Below, piece after piece: positions 55,384 to 64,000 of a stretch of 64,000 nucleotides of DNA. The position numbers and the translations under genes were made by a program. The number at the start of each line of letters is the position of its first letter. The first letter of the stretch is position 1. This DNA comes from the human T2T-CHM13v2.0 reference genome, Homo sapiens. The stretch lies in the NCBI RefSeq assembly GCF_009914755.1, contig NC_060933.1; one strand, given 5' to 3'. The notes beneath the pieces were generated by a model, which saw nothing but the letters and a program-made list of their open reading frames with translations, was not told where the DNA came from and made no database searches.

Positions 55384-57268
55384 GGGGAATGCTTTCAGCT
55401 TTTGACCATTTGGTATGATACTGGCTGTGGGTTTGTCATAGATGGCTCCTATTATTCTAAGGTGTGTTCCTCAGTTAGTTGAAGGTTTTTAACATGAAGG
55501 GATGCTGAATATTATTGAAAGCCTTTTCTGCATCTATTGAGATTATCATGTGGTTTTTGTTTTTAGTTCTGTTTACGAATGAATCACATTTATTGATTCA
55601 TATATGTTCAAACAAACTTGCATCCCAGGGATAAAGCCTACTTGATTGTGGTGGGTTAGCTTTTTGATGTGCAGCTGGATTTGGTTTGTTACATTTTGTT
55701 GAAGATTTTTGCATATACACTCATCAAGGGATTGGCCTGAAGTTTTCTTTTTTGTGTGTCTTTGCCAGGTTTTGGTATCAGGATAACGATGACCTCAGAG
55801 AATGAGTTAGGGAGAAGTCCTTCCTCCTCTGTTTCTTTTAATCGTTTCTGTAGTAATGGTACCAGCTCTTTTTATATGTCTGGTAGAATTCAGCTGTGAA
55901 TCAATCTGGTCTTGGGCTTTTTCTTGTTGGTAGGCTTTTTATTACTGATTCAATTTCAGAACTCATTATTGGTCCGTTCAGGATTCAATTTCATGCTGGT
56001 TCAGTCAAAGGAGGTAGTATATTTCCAGGAATTTATCCATATCTTCTAGGTTTTCTAGTTTGTGTGCAGAGAGATGTTCAAAACAGTCTCTGATGGTATT
56101 TTGTATTTCTGTGGGGTTGGTCGTAATGTCCCCTTTGTCACTTCTGATTGTGTTTATTTGGATCATCTTTTTCATTAGTCTAGCTAGCAGTCTTCTATTT
56201 ATCAAAGAACAAATTTCTAGTTTTGTTGGTTGTGTGTGTGTGTGTATGTGTCTGTGTGTGTGTTTTAATCTCAATTTCATTCAGTTCAGCTCTGATCCTT
56301 GGTTATTTCTTGTTTCTGTTAGCTTTGGGGTTGATTTCCTCTTGGTTTTCTAGTTCCTCAAGGTGTAATATTAGGTTGTTAATTTGAGATCTTTCTAACT
56401 ATTTGATTTGGGCACTTCATGTTATAAACTTTCCTCTGAACATTGCTTAGCTGTGTACCAGAGATTCTGGTATGTTGTATCTTTGTTCTCATTAGTTTCA
56501 AAGAATTTCTTGATTTCTGCCTTAATCTCATTGTTTACTCAGAAGTTGTTCAGGAGCAGGTTAATTTCCATGTAATTGTACAGTTTTGAGTGATTTTCTT
56601 GGCATTGATTTCTATTTTTATTGCACTGTGGTCCAAGAGTGTTGCTAATATGATTTCAGTTATTTTTTAATTTGCTGAGAATTGTTTTATGGCCGATTCT
56701 GTGGTTGATTTTAGAATATGTGCCATATGAAGATGAGAATAATGTATATTCTGTTTTTTGGGGTAGGGAGTTTTGTAGATGTCTGTTAGGTCCACTTGGT
56801 CAAGTGCTGAGTTCATGTCCCCAATAGTTTTGTTAGTCTTCTGTCTTGATCATCTATCTATTACTATCAGTAGGGTGTTGGAGACTCCCACTATTATTGT
56901 ATGATTATCTGTGTCTTTTTGTAGATCTCTAAGAACTTGTTTTACGAATCTTGGTTCTCTTGTGTTGGGTGAATATATATTTAGGATAGTTACAAATTGA
57001 ACCCTTTAACACTCACATATGTTTCCAAATTGCTTGTTTTACCTCCCTCTCTTTCAGGGATGCCAATGAATCATTGATTTGGTGTCTTTATATGGTCTCA
57101 TATTTCTTGGAAGGTTTTGTTTGTTTTCAATTTTTTTCTGTATTTTTTTGTCTGACTGAGTTAGTTTTGTAATGCTCTTCTTTGCCTTTTTTGATCATTG
57201 TCGGTTTAAAGTCTGTTTTGTCTGGAATTAGAAAAGCAACTGCTGGTTTTATTTTGTTTGCTTGGTAG

Positions 57269-57686
<418 letters not shown>

Positions 57687-57891
57687 ACCACTTTGTGACT
57701 TTTAATTGAGGCATTTAGCTCATTTACACCCAAGATTAATATTGATATGTGCAGATTTGATCCTGTCATGGTCATGTTAGCTGTTTATCATGAAGACTTG
57801 ATTGTGTGGTTGCTTGATAGTGTCAATGGTCTATGTAGTTAAGTGCATTTTTGTGGCAGCTGGTAATGGTCTTTCCATATTTAATACTCTC

Positions 57892-58088
57892 TTTTTTTTA
57901 ATTATACTTTAAGGTCTAGGGTACATGTGCACAATGTGCAGGTTTGTTACATATGTATACATGTGCCGTGTTGGTGTGCTGGAATACTATGCAGCCATAA
58001 AAATTGATGAGTTCATGTCCTTTGTAGGGACATGGATGAAGCTGGGAACCATCATTCTCAGCAAACTATCACAAGGACAAAAAACCAA
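57892..58088 (-). mobile_element. Mini L1PA (PA3-5-like) with 5' inversion
   Basis: Minus-strand 3' end 57892-57980, then plus-strand ORF2 end 57981-58088; TSD actctctt. Confidence 0.93.
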
Positions 58089-58699
58089 GCACTCTCTTAA
58101 GGACCTCTTGTAAGGCAGGTCTGGTAGTTAGGAATTTTGTTAGCATTTCCTTGTCTGAAAAAGATCTTATTTCTCCTTCACTTACGAAGCTTAGTTTGGC
58201 TAGATATAACATTTTTGGTTGAAGTTTATTTTCTCTAAAATGCTAAATATATGCCCCCAATCTCTTCTGGCTGTAGGGTTTCTGCAGAAAGTTCTGCAGC
58301 TAGCCTGATGGGCTTCTCTTTGTAGGTGAACTATATCTCCTCTCCAGCTACCTTTACTATTATTTTATTCATGTCGATCTTGAAGGATGTGATGACTATT
58401 TGTCTTGGGGATGGTCGTTTTGTATAGTATCTTGCAGTGGCCCTCTGCATTTCCGGAAACAGAATTTCAGCCTATCTAGGAAGGTTGGGGAATTTTTTAA
58501 TGAATGATATGGTCAAATATGTTTCCAAGTTGCTTGTTTTATATCCCTCCCTTTCAGAGATGCCAATGAGTCATTTCAGGGATGCCAAGTCGTTGATTTG
58601 GTCTCTTTATATAATCCCATATTTCGTGGAAGGTTTCTGTTTATTCTTTTTTTATTTTTGTTTTTCTATATTTTTGTCTGACTGAATTAGTTTTGTGAA

Positions 58700-58987
58700 T
58701 CAGTCTTTGAGCTCTGAGATTATTTTTTTAGGTTGGTCTATTCTGCTGTTGATACTTGTGATTGTATTATGATATTCTTTTAGTGTGTGTTTCCACTCTA
58801 TCAGATTAGTTTGGTTCCTTCTTAAAATGGCCATTTTGTCTATCAGCTCCTGCATTATTTTATCATAATCCTTACATTCCTTGGATTGAGTTTCAACTTT
58901 CTCCTGAATCTTGATGAACTTCCTTGCCATCCAGATTCTGAATTTTATGTCTGTCATTTCAGCCACTTCATTCTGGTTAAGAACCAT
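58700..58987 (-). pseudogene. L1 ORF1 coiled-coil remnant
   Basis: EMTDIKFRIWMARKFIKIQEKVETQSKE...SINSRIDQ...ISELKD. Confidence 0.9.
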
Positions 58988-61009
58988 TGCTGTGGATCTA
59001 ATGCAATTGTTTGGAGGTAAGAGGACACACTGGCTTTCATACTTGCTAGAGTTCTTGCACTATTTCTTTTTCATGTGTGTGGGCTGATGTTCCTTTAACT
59101 GTGGTGTAGTTTGAGTATAATCAGCTGACTTCATTTCTGGATGTTTTCAGAGGGCTGAGGCTTTGTGCTTGGGAGGTAGGCTCTTGCTTAGCCAAGCTCC
59201 TCTCTATCTCCATGCATTTGCAGCTGTGCTCCCTCTCAGTGCTCTGAGGGTGTGAGCTCCTCTCCTGCTTGACTGCTGGCTGCAGATTTTGACTTGGCGC
59301 TCCCTGGCTGCACACAGCATCCCTGGGGTGAGCTCTGGCTTTATGTTCCCTCCCCAGCTTGGGGGAACCAGGGACAGGGACCTTGGTAGTGGCAATGAAA
59401 GAAGGCTTTTCATTTGTCTCTTGGGGCTCCACTTAAGAGAAATACAGCACCACTATCAATCAGAGCGATAGGCCCGAGGTGGGATGGCTGCCTTGTGGTC
59501 CCAAGCCAAGAAGCCCTGCTTGGTAATGAGCCTGGGGAGAGGGCGATCATGTGGAAGACAGACTGGCTTCTTCTCCTTATGGTGACTGTGGCATTCTGCT
59601 GGTGTGAATAAAGCACTCAGGGTCTTTGTTCCTTCTCCAGTCTCATGGCAGCAAAGGCAGTGGCAGTGGCAGAGGTTACCTCTGGAAGCCTTACCCCAGG
59701 GAAATACCAAGCCACTAGCAGTGGGAATGCTCAGTCAGGGAAGGGGCAACTGTTCTGTGGTCCTGAGCCAAGGGCCCTTCCTGGTGAAGAGTAGGTGGTG
59801 GGGTCTTACAGGGAAGAGAGACTGGGGTCCTCTCTGTGTGGTGGTTGCAGCATGCTGGAGGTGCCAGTGATGCAACCAGGCCCTTTGTTCCTTCCCTAGC
59901 CCAAGGGCTATAAGGGCAGTACCACTGCAGCTGCAATGGGAGAGGGGCTGTGGGTTGTCTCTGGGATTTCCTCCTTAGAGAAATGCAGAGCCACCACCAA
60001 CTGAAGTGTTCAGGTGGGGGCAGAATGATTAAGATGGGAGCCAAGGTTGAGAGGCCTTGAATGGTGAGGGATAACAGGGGCAGAGACATGCGTGGAAAAT
60101 TGTGTGGCCACTTTTCCGTAAGGCAGCTGTGCTGTGCTGGGGGCCTATATTAGTCCTTAATCACTTCACTCCCTCCTGAGCCTGAGGGAAGTGGGGACAG
60201 GAATTGTAGAGCAGCAAAAATAATGGGCCTACCTGCTATCACTGGGAATGCAGGGCTGCTACTGGCCCAAGAGCTCAGGCAGGGCTGGGGTGGCCATATT
60301 GGAGTCCCAGGCCAGTGGGCCTTTTCTGGTGAAGTGCAGTGGGGGCAAGGCCTGTAAGTCAGTCTGCTCCTCAGGCTCCTGCATTCAGCTCCTATCTTAG
60401 AGGTGTGTGAGGGAGCCTGGCCTCCCCTGTTGCCAGAGCTGCAGCCACTGATGCTGGGATGTCCAGGGGTTCAAGGCTCCTGGGACTCCATGTATGCCTG
60501 GGATTGGTGGCTCTGCTCAGACTCCATGTAGTTCTCCATGTCAGTCTGGAGGCCCTGGTAGAGTGGGGGTTGAAGGAGCCATAGGGGATCTCCTGAGCCC
60601 AGGGTTGGACAGGTCTATGGCAGAAGTGTGGGTCCTTGGGGTTGTCACTCACTCAACGTTTCCCCACAGAGGGGAGTGTCCGTTGGCTCTGTGCCAGTCC
60701 TGGGTGGATGGCTGTCCTGTTTTGCTTTTCTCTGTTCTCCATGAGTCACATTGCTTCCTTGATGAATCCCAACGTGTCCACCTGGATGGTCCAGTTGAAG
60801 AGCTAGTGTTTTTATTTGTCACTCTTTCTCCTCTCTGTAAGTGTGGTGCACACTAGCTAGTCAGCCACCTTGTCCTGTCTTGGAAATTGCGGTTTTTAAA
60901 AGTTCTCCAGGTTTGACTCAAATTTTAAGTCTAGGTTGACAGTCATGCTTTCTAGCTGGTTCTTTGATACTAAAGTGGTAATATCGTAGAGCAGTGTTTC
61001 TTAAGCTTT

Positions 61010-61155
61010 AATGTGCAAAAAATCACCTGGGATCTTGTTCAAATGTAGACTCTGATTTCTTAGCTCTGCATTGGGACCCAAGATTCTACATTTTTACAAA
61101 TTCCCTGGTACAGCTGATGCTGTTTCACAGACCATGCTTTCGGTACCAAGGTTCT
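61010..61155. mobile_element. MER5-family fossil
   Basis: cagtgtttcttaagcttt...aatcacctgggatcttgttcaaatgtagactctgatt. Confidence 0.8.
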
Positions 61156-61760
61156 AGAGTTCTTGGCAGAAGAGAAAAGTAAAAATTGCAAGTTTTATTT
61201 ACTAACTTACTGATCTGGCTGCAATAAAAGGCAAGAATAGAAGAGACCATGACAATTTTTTTCATAACCTTTTAAGTTTCAAGCAAACCTACCCAGAGGT
61301 ACATTACCAAATTTCTATCCTGGGAATGTGACCTAAACTGATCACTAACTCTTCATCTCAAACAAAGTGGGGTAAGGACGGGAGTAGTGTAGAAATATCT
61401 CTTCCCAACAATGTTTGTAGTAATAAGAGGGACTATAAGAAAAGATTAATCTCTGCCTTTTTACTATTCCTCTCACTTCTAATAAATCTGTTGCCAGCTT
61501 CTATGTTCTTTTTCTAAAATATTATCCTTCTTGTCTTGATTTCAGCTATAACCAGCTCATTTCAGTATCTCATCATCTAAAGTGATCTCTGCCTCTGGTT
61601 TCTCCTATGCCAAAATTTTCTAAACACCACGGTTAGATTCATTTTTTATAGAAGAATTCTGGTTATTTGCATCTGTATTCAAAGTTCTCCAATCGTTATA
61701 TACAAAATAAAATAAAATTCCTTAGCTTGTCATATGAGACTGGTTCACTGTGTCCTCATG

Positions 61761-61945
61761 ATGTAGGACAGGCAAGCCCCCACACCGAGGCTTAGCCTAG
61801 AGGGTTCTTGGCTTCACTCAGGAAAGAATTCAAGGGTGAGCTGGTGGTGTTAAATAGAAACTTTTATTGAAGCAACAGAGGTACTGCTCCGTGCACAGCA
61901 GGGTTACTCCATAGGCAATTTGCCCAGAGCAGCATCTCATAGGTT
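61761..61945 (-). mobile_element. ERV1 (MER4-group) LTR fragment, subfamily uncertain
   Basis: gagggttcttggcttcactcaggaaagaattcaagggtgagctggtggtg...cttttattgaagc. Confidence 0.75.
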
Positions 61946-62004
61946 ATGTCCCAATACTTTCAGACTTGCCATTTTATGAATATATTATATATTATTCTAT
62001 TAAT

Positions 62005-62740
62005 CTATTCATTCATTCACATGTGCATTCATTCATTTAAGAAGCATAACATTCAGACATGCAGACGAAGAGTCGTGACACAGTGTGAAATTATCTGGGA
62101 GTATCGGGAGGCTTCAAAAAGGAGGTAGTATTTGAATTGGGTCTTTCAGGAGAATAGTTTTTCAGGCGAATAAATCAATTTTGTGTCCAATGAGTAGCAA
62201 ATGCAAGTTCAGAGAGGCATGAAACAGAAGGTGTTATGTTAGAAAAAAAAGTGCAAACACTTTGCGGTGTAGTTTAGGAGCCTTGGGTGGATAGTAAACT
62301 ACAGTAAGTGCATTGGAAATTCAGGCTGGGAGATTGTGAATCCCCTGAGGTGTGTTTTAGATGGTGGGAAATGGAGGAGGATTTTACACTAGTGGAGTTA
62401 TAATGAGACATTCGCTTGCCCACCTTTTGGCATTTGCCTTTGTTATTCCCCCTCCACAGAATTTTTTTTTCCTCTATTTTCGCTGATCAGATCAAATTCT
62501 ACTCATTCTTTCATGCTTTCATCAAAATAACCTTTCTCTACTAAAGAGAATCAATCTTTCTTCTGGACTTTGGAATCAAGTTACTTAGATGACATGTGTC
62601 TCTTTGCCTAGATTTTAACATATTTAAACAGTAAATACTATGCTTTAATAATCGTTGCATCTCTTTACCCTTCAGCACCTAGCCTTTCTCCTGGCACCTG
62701 TTATCTGTTCAGTAAATAGTTGTTGAATTGAATTAAATGG
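62005..62740. mobile_element. Two L2 fragments in opposite orientation
   Basis: attcattcattca tail plus ggaggcttc...atttgaattgggtctt (-); cagcacctagc...ctggcacc...cagtaaatagttgttgaattgaat (+). Confidence 0.65.
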
Positions 62741-63131
62741 GATTGGAAAAGCCATGCCATCAATTATGGCTTAAGTATTCACCATCTCCACTCTCCTTGT
62801 ATTTGACTTGAGTGTTGATCAAAGGGTATTTACTGACAAAACCATGTATTCACTCCAGTGCTGTCTCCGCAGAGATTTTGCTAAAGAGCAAAGGGTTTGG
62901 AGTCAAAAGGCCTTTTGTATTACAACCAAATTGATGGCTTAATTTCCCTTGTCAAGGTTTCAAGTCCAGATGCTGAGTACCACCAGAAAGCCCAGCTTAG
63001 TCTTATGCTAGGTTAAAATGAAGGAACAAAAGGGTAAACATGGTACAAACCATTCACCTGCTTTTGCCACTATCTCTTTGGGAAACAATGATCTATCAAG
63101 TCATATATCAATCCCAAGTACACATGGCATA

Positions 63132-63385
63132 ATAATAGTAGCTATCATTTCTAGTGTACTTATTATATTTCAGACACTGTGATAAATATAACCCGTGAAG
63201 TTTTGCACATAATATTTATAATAATCCTGCAAGGTAGATGTTATCATTTCCTTTTTATAGACGAGGAGACTGAGGCAGCAAATGGTTAAATGACATGTTC
63301 AAGGTCACTGAAACGGTACTGGTGAATGATGGAAATGGCAATTAAGCCCAGGCTTTCTGACTCCAAAGCCCAAGCAGTTAGCCAT
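63132..63385 (-). mobile_element. MIR
   Basis: tttatagacgaggagactgaggca...caaggtcac...cccaggctttctgactccaaagccc. Confidence 0.85.
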
Positions 63386-64000
63386 TTTGTTGTATTTTCT
63401 CAAGGAATTATGTAGGATGCTCTGTGAGTCAGGGAATGTGCAGACAGGTGCAGAGAGGGCATGAAGAGCTTCATGCCAACTAGGAGTCTTTAAATCTATG
63501 CCCCTGTTGTCATCAGCCCTCACTGATGCAATAGCACTGGGACACATAGGAGTATTTGAAAATGTTCCTATTGATCGGAAGTGAGTAATTATTACCTTCT
63601 CTATATTACAGATTCACTATCAGAAAGTAATAGCAGAAATGCTAAGCAAGATTAATAGCCGTGTTTCATTATTTTTAATGCAAACTATTGATTTTAAAGT
63701 GGTGTAAGGTATGGCAGTTTATTACAATAAAACAATAAAATAGACTATATGAAATAATTGAGAATAATCTTTTCCCTTTTTGCTGCGGCTATGGGACATA
63801 ATGTGCTGTGCATGTGAATGCATTTATGGCAAGTTCTATCCAGCAATGGCAGCTTAAGCACTCTATAAAGAAGCACTTTGGAACCAGAGTATTATAAATA
63901 ATCGGCAATAAAGCTGGTAAATGGGCCTTTAATTTGATTCCATTATGTCACAGATCACAAGGACCAAGGGGGCTCAGCATCAAAAACACTAACTGCTGAG

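Noticed and set aside
59100-60872. GC-richer block with overlapping ORFs as a gene or promoter island
   Set aside because: It is the CpG-depleted 5'UTR of the old L1PA element.

Overview
This window is primate (most likely human-type) non-coding genomic DNA, either intergenic or a large intron. It is dominated by interspersed repeats: about 12 Alus (J, S and Y types), LINE-1 of several ages (including a decayed near-full-length L1PA15/16-like element at ~53.3-60.9 kb), roughly 30 MIR fragments and ~10 L2 fragments (only the clearest are listed), MaLR/ERVL/ERV1 solo LTRs, hAT DNA-transposon fossils and microsatellites. I find no supportable protein-coding gene, RNA gene, CpG-island promoter or CRISPR-like system. 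The only ORFs with recognisable protein homology are broken L1 ORF1/ORF2 remnants, and I cannot identify the locus. I did not find a new biological system. The most unusual signals are structural: (i) three apparent cis-templated copy events, namely a 33-bp segment repeated 3.2 kb away, a ~158-bp L1 ORF1 piece copied into ORF2 of the same element, and an inverted tail-less L1 segment sitting in an LTR between 10-bp direct repeats; (ii) a twin-primed mini-L1, a 3'-truncated AluY and an internally deleted old L1; (iii) several local tandem duplications. Repeat subfamily names come from my recollection of consensus sequences, and boundaries of old repeats are approximate (+/-20 bp or more).
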